Assembly (NCBI GenBank): GCA_031835245.2
Contig: JAVKOQ020000084.1
Location: forward strand, 1-64,000
Source of the DNA: Balamuthia mandrillaris
Taxonomy: Eukaryota
Direction of reading: 5' to 3'
Length of the DNA: 64,000 nt
In this document: piece after piece, positions 33,650 through 47,047 of the stretch
Numbering within the stretch: the stretch's first letter is position 1
Layout: each line of letters opens with the position of its first letter
The notes under the pieces: generated by a model
What the model saw: the letters and a program-made list of their open reading frames with translations, nothing else
Database searches by the model: none
Told to the model about the DNA's origin: nothing
Position numbers and translations under genes: made by a program

Positions 33650-35661
33650 TTATGAGGCAGAAGAGGCAGAAGGAAAAGAAAGACGATGATGAGCGTTGTT
33701 CCAGAACTTGAGGCGCTCCCGGTTGCTGATGAGGCTGAAGAAAGAAGAGTCCTCCGCAGTGGCTTGGCCCACCCAACACAACACCAATTGTTTTGCTTTC
33801 ACCTTTTTTTTGTTGTTGTTTGAGTGGAATGAGAAAGAGCCGATAGCGAAAGACAGAGCAAACATGACAGAGAAGAAAGAGATAATGGTACCCATTGGTT
33901 CTCGTTCATGCTCGTCAGCGTGCGACCCACAAAGTCAAACAGTTCCTTTGAAAAGTCATCATCACCGCTGTTCTTCTGGCTTTCCTCTCTCGTTGCTTCC
34001 TCCGTTTTGCGGTCTTCTTTCGCTGCGGGTGCATCAAACAGACGAAACGACACCTCCTCGATGATTGTGAGGAAAAGCGGGATCATTTGTTGGGAGAAGA
34101 ACGGAAGATATTGCTGCAGCTTGGCAAAGACTCTGCGTTGGCTGTTGTTGGCTTTGTGATGCATTGCCAAGTCGGACAACTCTCTGTAACTTTCATCGAT
34201 CTGTTATGCGGTTTGTTTAACAACAACTGGTAAAATGAAATCAGAACGAGAGAGAGAAAAGACGTACTTGAGAGATGATAGAGATACAATCGGATACTAC
34301 CTCGTGCAATAGGTGAATGACGCAGAGCTCATACTTGGAAGGATGGACTTTTCTTGGCAATAGTGCAAGCCCACTATTCGCTGCTTCGTCGTCGTCGTCT
34401 TTCTCTTCCCTTTCTTTGTTGTTCTTTCGGTTGTCGTGATGATGGAGAAGAGGAGTAACGCCAAAACGGGTTTGCAAGTAATTCTTTGCTTCTTCAATAA
34501 TTGCATTCACCCGATCTGACATTACCTCTTCATCCTCTTCTTTTTTTTCTTCCTTCTTTTTTTCTATCTTCTGAGTTCTTTCTTGCTTCGTTTCGTTCAG
34601 TTCTGCGCTTCGTTGTCGTTGTTGCTTGTGTTCATCTTCTCTTTGTTTTTGTTCGATTCGAAAGACGTTCACATCATACTCGACGAGTCGATTGAGGGAG
34701 ATCCATGCTTCGCGACATTGAAGCGTCTTTCTGTGAAGAAAACTGACTGGATGAAAAAAAGAGATGTACGGCCGTTTTTCTATCCACCATAAACATTTCT
34801 CAGCAAGTGAAGAATGCTCATTTATCTTCTCTTTCAAAGAAGAAGAAGAAGAAGAAGAAGAAGAAGAAGAAGAAGAAGAAGAAGAACAAGAAGGAGAAGA
34901 AGAAAGAGGAGGTGGGGAAAGGTATTTAAAACAAAGAGCGAGAGAGATGGTGAAGAGAAAATCAGTAAGATGCTTGCTAAGAGAGGCGCTGTGAGCAACT
35001 CCGTGCGATAACTGTAATAGAGGGGGTAAGGCAAATAGAAGAACCACAACAAGAGCAAGAAAAACAGCAAACGGACCTTGATTCTCAAACGAGGTCCTTC
35101 AGCTCGTTCGAACAAGTCAAGCAGAGCATGCATGAGAGGAGCACCAAACTCATGACACAGAAGATTAGGCTGGCCATCTTCAAGCTTCTCGCTCAACAGC
35201 AAATCCAGCGTTGTATAATGTGTTGCCGGTTCTTTTCGGTTTGAATATCCAGTGATTAGAACGTTGTGAAGGACGAGGATCAGAAGGAGAAGGAAGAAGA
35301 GAACGGGCGAAAGAAAGTATATAAAAACCTGCAGTCAAAATACGATCAGGACAATTGTTGACACGGACAAAAACTTGCCGAATGCCGTGCTCCAATTGAG
35401 GCAGCAACAAAACGAGGCAGCGATGGTGTCTGTGTTGTAGCAATTCCTCCGACTCAGCAGTAGTTGTATCCTCATCATCATCTTTACATTGCTCTTGCCG
35501 TATAGAGAACCATTCTTGTGTTGCCTCTTTCCACAGATCTACTCGTTGTGGCAATACAAACCAGCTTCGTTCGAATAAGGAATAAAGTTCTAGCAAATCG
35601 CTCTTTGGAAGCATTCCTATGATACTCGTCAGAAGAAACAAAAGCAAGAAAATATGAGGTA

Positions 35662-35697
<36 letters not shown>

Positions 35698-35742
35698 GAG
35701 ACAAGCAGGGCATTTTAAAGGAAGTGAGGAGTGAGAAGAGAG

Positions 35743-35780
<38 letters not shown>

Positions 35781-37389
35781 GGAGTACCAAGTAAGGAAAC
35801 ACGAGGACTGCCCAAAGCAATCATAGAACCATCCCACACTTTATCCATGCGTTCCATGCGCCGAGGATGACCAAGAAACACTCCCTGGTACTTAGCAAGT
35901 CTGCCTTTTTTGGCTTGTTGCTTCTTGGTTCCTCCTAATCCTTTCTTTTCTTTGGTTGCGTTATTGCTTGCCTCTCTTCTTTCTCCGTCTATTTCCACTT
36001 GTTTCCTCCATTTACAAACAGCTGACAACATGGATTCCATCTCGCTTTCTTCGTCCTCTTCTTCGTCATCATTACCGCCTTCGTTTTCTCCGTTTTCTTT
36101 GTTTTTTCTTTCTCCTCCTTTTCCTGCTTCTTTGCTCGAAACAGCAGAAGCAGAAGAACCAGATGGTTGTTCAGAAAGGAAATGTCCAAGCGAGCAAACG
36201 AGACAAAGCAAAAGAGAGGCCCATGCCCCGTGGAACTCATGTGTGGAGAGAAATCCATGCCAACATACATTACGAAGATTGATGCCACTCGGTGGACCTA
36301 TTACTGTTCTCAACAAATATATCTGGTGCAGGTAAATAAAGCAAAGAAAGAAAGAAACGACAAGAAAGAAGAAAGAATGAAAGCATACCACATCGGGACC
36401 GAATATCTCAAGAAGAACAGGATGAACAAGAAGATCGTTTAGTCGTCGTGGTACCCGTTCCCGCCCTTGGCTTTTCCAAAACACTGTTGTTATGTTTTTA
36501 ATAAACAGTTTTCAAAGAAAACACAAAGAACAAAGAAGCAGAAGAAGAAGAAGAAGAAGAAGAAGAAGAACAACAACAACAACAAAACGAAAAATTGTGA
36601 ACATAGACGCTAACACAACACAACAAACCCAGGTCACCGAGAGCACGCTCCAAGTAGCTTACTGCTATGCAAAAGAAGACCAGCGGGCTGCCTTGATGAT
36701 ATTCCTTCAGCAACTTTTCGCCAAACGTCTGTTCTTGGTTGTATGTGATATTATCAAACTACAAGAAAGGAAGAAAGAAGAAAAAAACAAGAAGAGAGAG
36801 AGAGAGAGAGCAACAAGGAAAGCAAAGGTACGTGGTCAGCATTTCTCAGCCAGGAAAGCTGCTCCAACAGCATGTTCCCATCGAGAGAAAAACCCAAAGT
36901 CCCATCCGACGGGACAGCGGCAGGCGCCCACCCGCTCTTCATGTGATGGTGTATGAGCACGGCCGCCCTTTTCACCCTCCACATGGCCACGAAGAACTCT
37001 TTGAAGTAGGTCCAGCTGCTGATCTCTTGCTGGGCGGGTCCCACCCTCAGCCCTTCCTCTTGTCTCGCTTGGACCTTCTTCCGCAGGATCGACCATGACT
37101 CATCCCCCTCTTCCGCTCGTTCTCCTTCTGGTTGGCCCCATGCACAAAGCGAAGCAACGTTCCAATAGGTCTTAAAGGATAGCAGGGGAAGAAAAGAAGG
37201 AGGAGGGGAAGAAGGGCGGGACAGAAGCACCTGCTGCAGGAGAGAGAGGCGATGGGGTAGTTGGAGTACGAGTTCGTCTTCCTCCTGGATGAGCACCATG
37301 GTGGCGACCATCGGCGACAATGAAGAGGAACATAGGTTGGACGAGGAGGAAAAGGAAGAGGAAACGCTGTTCGGCTCTTCTTCTTTCAT
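33650..37389 (-). CDS. ERMARD: ERMARD/C6orf70-like (DUF4209) protein; multi-exon
   Basis: GPPSGINLRNVCWHGF, LLLPQLEHGIRQVFVRVNNCPDRILTA, HALLDLFERAEGPRLR...LSHG. The 3' end is approximate. Confidence 0.75.
34837..34886. repeat. (GAA)n trinucleotide tract encoding poly-Ser on the minus strand
   Basis: Directly visible; lies in ORF 34241..35047. Confidence 0.9.
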
Positions 37390-38382
37390 CTTTGGCTATC
37401 TTTTTTCTGCTGACTAATTAATTTCCTTTGTTGGTAACTGATGATGTAAGCTTTCCCTTTTTAAAACATCATGACATCACTAAGTTCTTCCAGGAAGAAA
37501 GAAACGAGGACTTTCTTGGTTGTGGGTTCTTATTCTTTTGTTCGTCATCTTGTGGCGGTCCATTGGTACCCTCTTGTTATCGTCGGTCATGGCATACTTG
37601 TGAAAGCAAAAGATGGATGAGACTTTTTCACTTTCCGGGGTTTTTTTCCTCTTACATTTCACTACTCTCGGGTCGGCAGTACTGCGACAGCACCAGGGGA
37701 GGGGGGGGGGGGGGGGCGGGCGGGGGTGGATTGCCAATCCTGTCGTTCGGCTGTTTTTCGAAAGCAGGTACCTGAACAGGTTGACCCGGATTAATATGCG
37801 ACTTCATACGGAATAAAACGAGGCCACGGAGAAGATACCAGCCTACTCTTGTGTCCCCTGGACATTATTGACCCTTTACCCTAGTTTCAGGTAATGGCCC
37901 AATAGGAACCGCATAAAGTAATTCCAGGAACGCATGAGAATCTGAAAACAGTTATTGATCGGGAAAATAATGAAAATAATCCGACAACTGGGAGACAAGG
38001 GAACGGGAAAACAAAGTCCATTTGGCTGCCAACTCGAGGCAAGGCCGGAGGGCACACCGTTGTCAGCGGCGATTTTCCAGTAATTTCGCCCACCCTAGCT
38101 GAAGGAATATTTTTTCCAAATATGGGCGGGCAATGGCGATCTTTCGAGCAGGAGGTTAAAAACGGGCAACGATAAATCGCCAGTTATCGGACTACCTTAA
38201 CGACCTGACTGGATAGTCCCCGACCGGTTCACTTCAGCTTCTTCCTTTCAAACAAGAGCGTTCCTCTTTCGTCCTTTTTTTTTTTGTCAACTTTCCTTCC
38301 CGAACGCTTCACACTTTTCCTCGCTCTCTCCCTTCTGCCTCTCTTCCCCTTCTAGAACGCACTCGCACACATCCCCCAAAAA

Positions 38383-39416
38383 ATGGACCAACAGCAAGAA
38401 CAGACGCAACAGCTTCTTCAAAAGCTGACGCCTGAGCACTTGGCCGCTTGGGACAGGGACGGCTTCTTGGTGATCCCACGAGAGCAGCTCTGGACGGAGG
38501 AGCAGGTCAAGGAGATCGTGCAATGGACCACAGACGTTGGCAACTGGCCAGAGACCCCCGGCAAGTGGATGATGTACTTCTCCAAGTCCCTGAAGGACGG
38601 CTCCCGCCTGCTCCACCGCATAGAGAACTTTTTCGACTACCACCCCGAGTTCATGGAGCTCTTCAACTCGCCTCGCTTCCTGGGCTTCGTCTCCCAGCTC
38701 TTCGGCGAGCGTGCCCTGCTCTACAAGGAGAAGATCAACTTCAAGTACCCTGGAGGCGAGGGCTTTGAGCCGCACCAGGACCACGCCGCCGGCTGGTGGC
38801 TCTACGGACACACCCTTCACATCACCGCCTTGGTAACCGTCGACAAGGCCACTGCCGCCAATGGTTCGTTGGTCAACACAAAAACGACCCTCCTTCTTTC
38901 TCTATCACACGTTTGTTTCAAACGGCTTGGAGCGGTCCACTTTCTGTCCTCACTCTGTGGGTTTTCTCGCTAACCTGTTTTTTTGACTGCCTCTCATAGG
39001 AGCTTTGGAGGTAGTGGCTGGCCGACACAAGGAAGGACTGTTGGGAGGCAAGTTCGAGGCCGTGCCCAAGGAGGAAGTGGAGAAGATGACATGGATACTC
39101 ACCGAGACCAACCCTGGTGACTTGGTCTTTTTCGACTCGTTCGTGCCGCACCGCTCCGCCCCCAACCTCTCGGAGGAGTCCCGGCGGGTGCTCTACGTGA
39201 CCTACAACAAAGCAAGCGAGGGCGATTACCGGGTGCAGTACTACCAAGACAAGCGAAAGAACTATCCTCCCGGTACCGTTCCTTCTCTCCTTCTCCTCTG
39301 CTCTTTTTTTTTTTGTTTTATCGGAACGCTTACCCATCTGTTTGTCATTGTTGTCGCACTGTCCGGTGACAGACTGCGAAAGAGAGGAGGGCAAGAGCTA
39401 TGAGTACAAGATCTGA
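38383..39416 (+). CDS. Fe(II)/2-oxoglutarate dioxygenase of the PhyH family, PhnY-like; 3 exons
   Basis: WDRDGFLVI, LYKEKINFKYPGGEGFEPHQD (HxD), NG|ALEVVAGRH, PGDLVFFDSFVPHRSAPN (distal His), RRVLYVTYN, YYQDKRKNYPP|DCEREEGKSYEYKI-stop (39414-39416). Confidence 0.88.
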
Positions 39417-39811
39417 AAAAAACAAAAACTACACACAAGCACCAACACTTCAACAAACACCATTTTTTTATTTAAAAATAAACCAACAAAAAAAAAAGAG
39501 TGACAAAGAGTCGCTGCCCCAAACAAAGAGAAAGAAGAAACCACCAATGACTATTCCCCCTCGGTCTTTTCGCTTTGGAGACTTTTCGCCCATTGGGAGG
39601 GAAAAAGCCCGCCTCGAAAATGTCGACAAAAGGTGAATTAAGCACCCCTCGTGTTATGTCTACAGAAAAAAATAGAGATTTTTTTTGGCGGGAAGAAGCG
39701 ATTTTTTGGCGGGCTTTTTGTTTTTGTCAGTCATTTTCCGCAGCCCGGCAAAAGAGAGGGAGAAAGAGGAGAGGAGAGAGAAAGACTTTACAGAAAAAAT
39801 AAAAAATAAAA

Positions 39812-40598
39812 ATGAACGCAGCAGCCATTCAAAAAGTAGTGGAGAGCCAGCTGTTGAAGGCGGCGCAGGAGGTGGAGGAGCGGCTGGACTCGGAGCTGGA
39901 CGCCTTGGAGCGGTTGGACGAGGATGACCTGGAGGCGCTGCGGGAGAGGCGCCTCCAGCAGATGAAGCGGCAGGCCCAGAAGAGGCAGGAGTGGAAGGCC
40001 AAAGGGCACGGCGTCTACTCGGAGGTCCCCGATCAACCCGGTTTTTTCGCGGCCACCAAGGAGAGCGAGGTGGTCATTTGCCACTTTTATCGCGCCACAA
40101 CTTGGAGGTAATCTTTCTCTTCTCTCTACTTTTTTTTCGAAAAATAAAAGTCCACTCGAAGATGTTAACGAACAAAAAAAAAAAAGATGTGGAATCGTAG
40201 ATAAACATTTGACGGAGCTGGCTCCTCGCCACTTCGAGGCACGTTTCATCAAGCTGGACGCAGAGAAGAGTCCCTTCCTGGTGGAACGGCTGAACATCTG
40301 GATGCTGCCCACCATCATCGTCATAAAGAACGGAGAGACGTGCGACAGGATCGAGGGCTTTGACTCGCTGGGCGGCGTGGATGACTTTCCCACCTCGGCC
40401 ATGGCGCGGCGGCTGGCCAAGAAGGGAGCCATTCGCATCACACAGGAGGAGGAGGTGGACGAGGAAGACGGGGGAAGCATGGGAGGCAGAGGAGCGGGGC
40501 GTATCGCGCTGCGAAGGGCAGGCAAGCAGAGAGCAGCGGACTACGTTGGGGCTGGCGATGAGAGGGAACGGCAAGAAGAGGACGATTGGTTTGACTAA
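39812..40598 (+). CDS. TXNDC9: Thioredoxin domain-containing protein 9 / phosducin-like protein 3; one intron
   Basis: LEALRERRLQQMK...GHGVYSE...VICHFYR...R|CGIVDKHL...FIKLDAEKSPFLVERLNIWMLPT...GFDSLGGVDDF. Confidence 0.9.
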
Positions 40599-41326
40599 AG
40601 AATAAAAAAAGACTCATAAAATAGAAAGAAAGACTCAAAAAAACCACTTTAGCTCTCTGCTTTGTACCCCGGTGTTATTTTTCTTACTCCGGGTGCTCTC
40701 GTTCTGATTGCCTCGGGCTCTCTCTTCGCTTGTCCCTAAGCTTTTTATTCTCCATTGTTCTCCTCTCCTTCCATCGTCCTCTCTTCTTTGTCTTGTTCTC
40801 CCTTGGCTCGCTCTCTCACTCCCCCTCTTTCCTCTCCAGTGAACGAACACAGCAATGCAGGTCTGACATACCGCTCCTCTCATTCTCTCTCTTCTCTCTC
40901 TTCTCTCTCTCTCTCTCTCTCTCTCGGGACAGCGCCACCAGGTCACCCCCCCCCCTGTAGATCCCATACTCAAAAGGCAGGACGGCGGGAGCACCGCTTA
41001 AATTCCAGGGTTGTGGTTCTGTGGTTGACTTATTCACCCACTTATACCTGATGCCTCTGTTTCACCCACAAAATATGAATGAAACACGAAGGTAATTTCT
41101 TGTGGGCAAAGCGACTCGCGCGGTCCGTCGCGAGAGGGAACCGAAAAAGGCGGTGCCCATCACACCCGCCGTTGCATCTCCCTCTCGTCCGCTTGTGGAG
41201 GTGGACCATCGTACATTTTTTTTTGGGGGGGGGGGGGGTTCCTCATGCCCCTCTATTATTATTGCATGCAAAGAGGAAAGGTGTGCGTGTGTATTCGTGT
41301 TTTTTTTTTTTAAAAAAAAGTTGAAG

Positions 41327-44300
41327 TTAAACACGTTCCCAATGCATGGAGACGGACTCGCTGCTGGTAGCTTTCCTGTTGGCCAACACCCCGATCTCAT
41401 GCTTCAGGAAGAGCATCCGCAGCTGCTCCTTGCGCGAGGGATCGAGGAACAAGGGGCGTCCTCGTTTGAGGCCAAAGTCCTCCTCTCCGTGGGAGTCCAG
41501 GTAGGGAGAGAGGTAAAAGGTGCCCTCGATGCGGTGGCGGAGCAACACCACGATTGTGTGATTCAGAAGGAGGAACATGCCTTCTCCTGCTCCACATTCT
41601 TGCGCGTGCTATGTGTGTCATTTTTGTTTGGTATTTGTGTTAGTTTTTGCAAATGAAGAAGAGAGAAGAGCAAGAGAGGCAAAGCGAGGAGGGAAGAAAC
41701 AACAAAGAAACCAGAAGAAAGCAGAAAGAAAGAAACCACAAGAAGAGGGAAGGAGGCTTGCATACTTGATTGCATTCACCAAGATGACTCTTGGAGCAAC
41801 AACTGCTGCCAAAGCAGAGGAAGCGACCACAAATGAGGCAATAAGCGGGTTGATCAGGAGTGATGCCGCATTGCTTGCACTTGTTGGAGTCCGGAAGGTC
41901 AACCGTTTTGAAAAAGTGCATGTCTTGATAGAGATAAGGTAACGCGCGACGGCACAAGTCGAAAGGAAGTGTTGACGAAGGCGACACTTCACAGAGAACA
42001 AATACCTTTTTTTTTGGTTGATATGTGAATGTTAGATAAGATGAACGAAAGTCGGAGAAGAACAATAAAGCGAGGCGTACTTTGAACAGTTGAGTGTTGT
42101 TCTTTGATTGTTGTTGTATTTGCAAGTGTAAAGCGTCGTCATCTTCATCTCCCAATCGATAAGTAGGGTGATAGTTGCGTTTTCGTTTCGAGAAAGACAA
42201 CGCCAGTTCTTTGCACCACCCGGAAACTACGCTTCTTAGAGCGCAATTAGGAGCAAGATGACGAACAAGCGAAGAGAAGGAGGTGTCAAGTCCTAATATC
42301 GAACACAATGCTTTAAACTCGTTTTCTTTTAGCTCATCTTCACTCATGTTGTTGCTAAAAGGAGATGATGACGAAGAAGAAGATGGCAGAGAACATTTGA
42401 AGCAGACGTGGAAGAAAAGAATGACTCGTCGAAGAAAAGGAAGAACATGATCGATGACGCCCATCTTAAACCGCCGCCAATTAATACTGGAAGAAGCAAA
42501 GAGAGTTTGAGTGGATACGCTGGTTGGTAAATAAGGCGTAAGCGAATCGCCCAAAATCTGACAAACAGCAGCCAATTGCTTGTCTTCTTCTTCGTCAGCG
42601 TCTTCTTCCTTTTCTTTGTCTTTTTGTTTCGTGGGAGATGAAGGAGAAGGTGTCACGATCATTTGCGTTAAGATAGACTTGATCAAGCAATGCAAGAAGA
42701 GTAATGGTAGGCTGCGTCGTAAAAATTTGACGTCTGTATCTTCTTTCAATGGCGATTGACGCCGTTGACGCTCTTCCATTGTTCGCCCTAATCGAAGGAA
42801 GATTAACTTACTCCAAAGAGAAAAGGAATCTCGCTCCAAGAATGACCTCTCTTCTTTGGTTGCATCTTCTTGTTCAGTTCGTTCAATAACTTGATTCAGT
42901 TCCGTTAGAGCTCGATCATATTCAGTTTTTTCTCCGTTTACGTCTCCTCTATCGTCGTTTTGAGGGCTGTAGATAGAAGCATAAGCGATAGCAGCTTCTG
43001 TGATGGCAACAATATGAGCTTGATTGTTGCTATGTGACACTATTTCGGCAATCTTATCAGCGATAAAAGAAGGCGAAGAAGAAGATGAAGTGTTGAGACG
43101 CGAAGGGGATGGGGAAGAGGAAGAGGAGGATGTAGAGTTGGAAGCAGAGTCTCCGTTTGGATCTTTGGGTTTGCCTCTTCCTGTTACTTCCATATTGGCA
43201 ATCATGCTGGCAACCTGTTTCAGGAGAGTGAGTCAAAAAGAATGAGCAGAAAAAATAAAGAACGAAAGGCCAATAGGAAGAAGGAGCAAGTATTTACCAA
43301 AGACCAAAGGAATGTGGAGAGAGCTCGGTGATGCACATCTACTTTATCAAGGGTAACATTGTGATAGGCAGCGTAAACCCTTCTTGCAAAATCCTGAAGA
43401 GACATGCAGTACTCGTCGTTTGTCGTTTGTTTCGTTGTGTTCGCTTCTTGTTCATTTTCAGTTGTCAACTTCATGTTTCTTCCTTTACTTGCTTCTTCGC
43501 TTTCGAACAAATGCGCCCACCCTCTTTCATCTTCTTCCTCCTCTTCTTCCTCTTCGTTTCTAAAAGCAGAAGAAGGATCACTCAAGAGTCCAGAGCAAAG
43601 TGAAGCTGATACTTCCGAAAGCGAAAGCATAAAAGAAGAAGATGGGGATGACGAAGAAGAAACCGGTATCAACGTATTTGCGATTGTTCTGCACAGAGGG
43701 CACTTGAACTCTCCTCTGGAAATGCTCAACGGAGACATTTGTGGGTGCATAAACGCGTTCGCTTCCCACAGTTGCTGCATCAACGAGAGGCAATACTTGT
43801 GGCGACAATTGGCATGCATGTAGTGACCGCAGCTGCTCGAAAAGCATCCTTGTGTCCTTTCTACGTTTCTATGTATTTCGCTTCGCCAAATGTCTTGCGT
43901 TGTCGTTGGTGAAGATGGTGTAGTTGATGTTGTATCACTGCTGCTGCTGCCTTCTTCTTCTTCCTCTTTTTCTTTTTCGTGTTTGCTTTCAGCGCTCACT
44001 CGGCCGCCACTCTCTTCTCCCCCAGGTTCGGTCATTCCTTGTTCCAGCTCCTCTTGTCGCCCCTCCGTTTCATTCTGTTCTTCTTCCTGTTCTTCTGCTG
44101 GTTGTGTTTCAAGTATCATCTCTTCGCCACCAGCTTTCACTTTTTCCTCCATTTCGAGCACTAACTCCTTTTCCATTTGTTTCTCCACATCTTCCAACTT
44201 ATCTTTGCCTTTTTCTTCTGTTTCTTCTTCCTTCTTCTCATCTTCTTTAACTTCTTCTTTAACTTCTTTTTTCAGTGATTCGTTCTCGAGAAGCGATTCC

Positions 44301-47004
44301 AGCAATGCTCGTTCTTGTTTCTTCTTCACAATTGGCAAAACGTTGGAAGGCCGCACGAAAGCAAGAAGCCCCAATGGATCATCCTCGCGATGACCTTCTT
44401 TACAAAATACACACATCGGTTCTTCTTCTTCTTCATGTAACACGTTCTTGTCTTTTGCTGTTGTTGTCGCTTCAGTTTGGTTTGTGGTTTCTTCTGGTGT
44501 CTGTGTTTCTGTTGCAGTTTTACTGCGTTTAATGGCTGGCTCTTCGACCTCCATTTGCTTAAACGCATCTCCTGAAGCCTTCAGGAACGCTTGTTGCTGC
44601 GAGTTGAAATATTAGTAATGTTTCATTACAGTAAAGAGGCAAAGGGAACGCAGACAGACGACAAAGGTTAAAAAACATAAGAACACAAAAAAAAAAAAAA
44701 AAGATAAACTTACCTTAGCAGCAAACTGAGCGAGAACAGCAGCTTGTCGTGCCTTCAACATTCGTTTCCGTTTCGTCTCTTCATCTTCCTTTTGTTCACT
44801 ATCTTTGCCTGCACTACTGCCATCATCACCTCCCGACCGAACAACTTGCTTTCCTTTCTCGCCACCCTCTTCACCTTTTCTTCCCATTTTAAAGCCTGGT
44901 TCCGTTGCGTTGCCAAGCGTTTTGCTGTGTTCTTCGATTATGTCAGTTACTGACTTTCTTTGTTGTTTGAAAGGATAAGAGAGCGCGTCGAGTTTCTTCA
45001 TCATCTTCAGAATTTCCACCAACACGGTTTGTTGTTCAGCCAAAGTGGGAGAATGGAGATCGCAAAGTTGAATGAGGAACATAAGAATGCTGCCTTTTGT
45101 TGTTCTTGTACTTTCTCCTCCTTCTTTTGGTGTCTTCGTTGACGAACAAAGCACAGTAAATTCTTGAATGAGATTTGCCAACAAGTCATCGTAGAATGAA
45201 AACTCCATATCGTAAATGTTCTTTACGATGGTTTCTGCCTTGGCAGTCTCTTCCATTTCTGCTGTTACTTCTTTTTCTTTTTCCGTTTCATTCCGTGTTT
45301 CATCCGCACGCTGTATTTCCAATTCAAAGAATTGCAAAGATAGAAGCAAAAGGTTGAGAAAGCTGTTAAGAATCGGTTCAGAAAGCTTGAAACGTTCTTC
45401 CTCGTCTTGTTGGTGTTTTTCCATCTCTTCCATTTCCTCTTCTTCCTCTTCTTCTTCTTGTTTCCTTTCTCCCATTTTTTGACCATCGTTGATAGCTTGT
45501 CGATCGTGTAATGCTTTCATGAAAATTGTGAACATGAGGCGCAATACGACGTGCGAGTGAACAACTTCACGTACTCCGACGAATAGTGACAGTGGAACCG
45601 GTCGCAGCGATACACGGGGCATGTCTATTACTGATGTCTTTCCTTTTACTGAGCTCATCTTTTTGTTTGTGTTGTTATGGTTGGTTTTAAAAATCATGAT
45701 TAAGCTATTGAAGGGGAGAGCGAGAGAGAGCGAGAGAGAGAGCGAGAGAGAGAGCGAGAGAGAGAGCGAGAGAGAGGGAAGGAGAGAGCACAGAAGCAGA
45801 GAAGACAGAACAAAGAAAGATGAAAGAAAGAAGAAGAAACACAAACCTTTTTCATGTGATGTTTGTAATTTTCAGTAGCTTTTTCTAACTCACGAGTGGA
45901 AAAATGTGGGAAGTACGGATTGAACAGCCTCCAATACTCCGGTCTCAAGCTGTAGGTTCCTTGTCTCATGCCCTCCGCGTTACTAAACTCGGCCACTTCC
46001 TCCAAAATCTCAGAGATGAGAGACAGCTTATGATAAGTGGTCACCGTTTTGACAAGGTGCGGAGACAGTCCTTTCATCAATTGGCTATGGGTCATAGGGC
46101 TGATACAAAGGTACTGTACGATTTCGTGTTTGATAAGATCTTTAACGTGCCGTCTGCTCTCTTCCTTTCGTCGCTTCTTCCTCTCTTCCAGAGAATAAGA
46201 GGCAAATGGAAAGCCTCCTTCAGAAGAAGAAAATTGTTCGTTTTCGTTTTGGCCTAATGGAAGGCCTACGACCGTTCGTTCGTTGATGAGGTTGATCAAA
46301 AGACGAGCAAAGTATTCAGCTAGAACCGTCTTTTGTTGCAGAGTGCATTCTTCCATTGCCGCGAGTTCGTGAATGTGTTCTTCAAACGCGTCTCCTATCT
46401 CTTCCAACGAAGCATCATTATCCATCAATGCCATCAACTTTTCTTGAATGCCCGTCAAAATACCAACACGTCCATTGCCACTATGATCTTCCTCTTCTTC
46501 TTTCTCTTTTTCACCTTGTTTCTCTTCCGCTTCTTCACCAAATTGCATCCCTCTCTTTCTTCTTTTTCTTCTTTTCAACTCGGCGACTGACTTGGGCTCA
46601 GTACCCCACCAGTTGAAGAACTCAGTTAATCCAAAACGGTCCAAAAGAGTGGCCACGAAAGCGTCTTTCGTATTTGTTTTGTGTTTGTTATCCTCCCGTT
46701 CTTGTAATTCTTCTGGAAAGATCATCTTGTTTATGTCCTCTCTCTTTGTGGCGCAGTTGTGAAGAAGAGCAGCGCTGCATTGCATCATGGCGAGGTCGAG
46801 GTCGGAGAGATGATTGGCGCCGATGGTGTGACGGTAGAGAAAGGCCTGTTGGTGCATTTGTTCGCCATTGCGAACCCAAAGGCCTGCTGAGATTTGTGCA
46901 GCGAGTACCTGAATTAAAAAAAAAAACGAAATAAAACGATTAAATCAATGGAAAAGCAAGTGAGAGACTGGGAGTGAGAGTGAGAGCGAAAGAGACAGGG
47001 ACAG

Positions 47005-47047
<43 letters not shown>

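Noticed and set aside
40950..41224. Firm call as SRP RNA or telomerase RNA
   Set aside because: No SRP helix-8 signature and no CCCTAA-type template; the pseudoknot loop geometry is non-standard. Kept only as an unassigned candidate.
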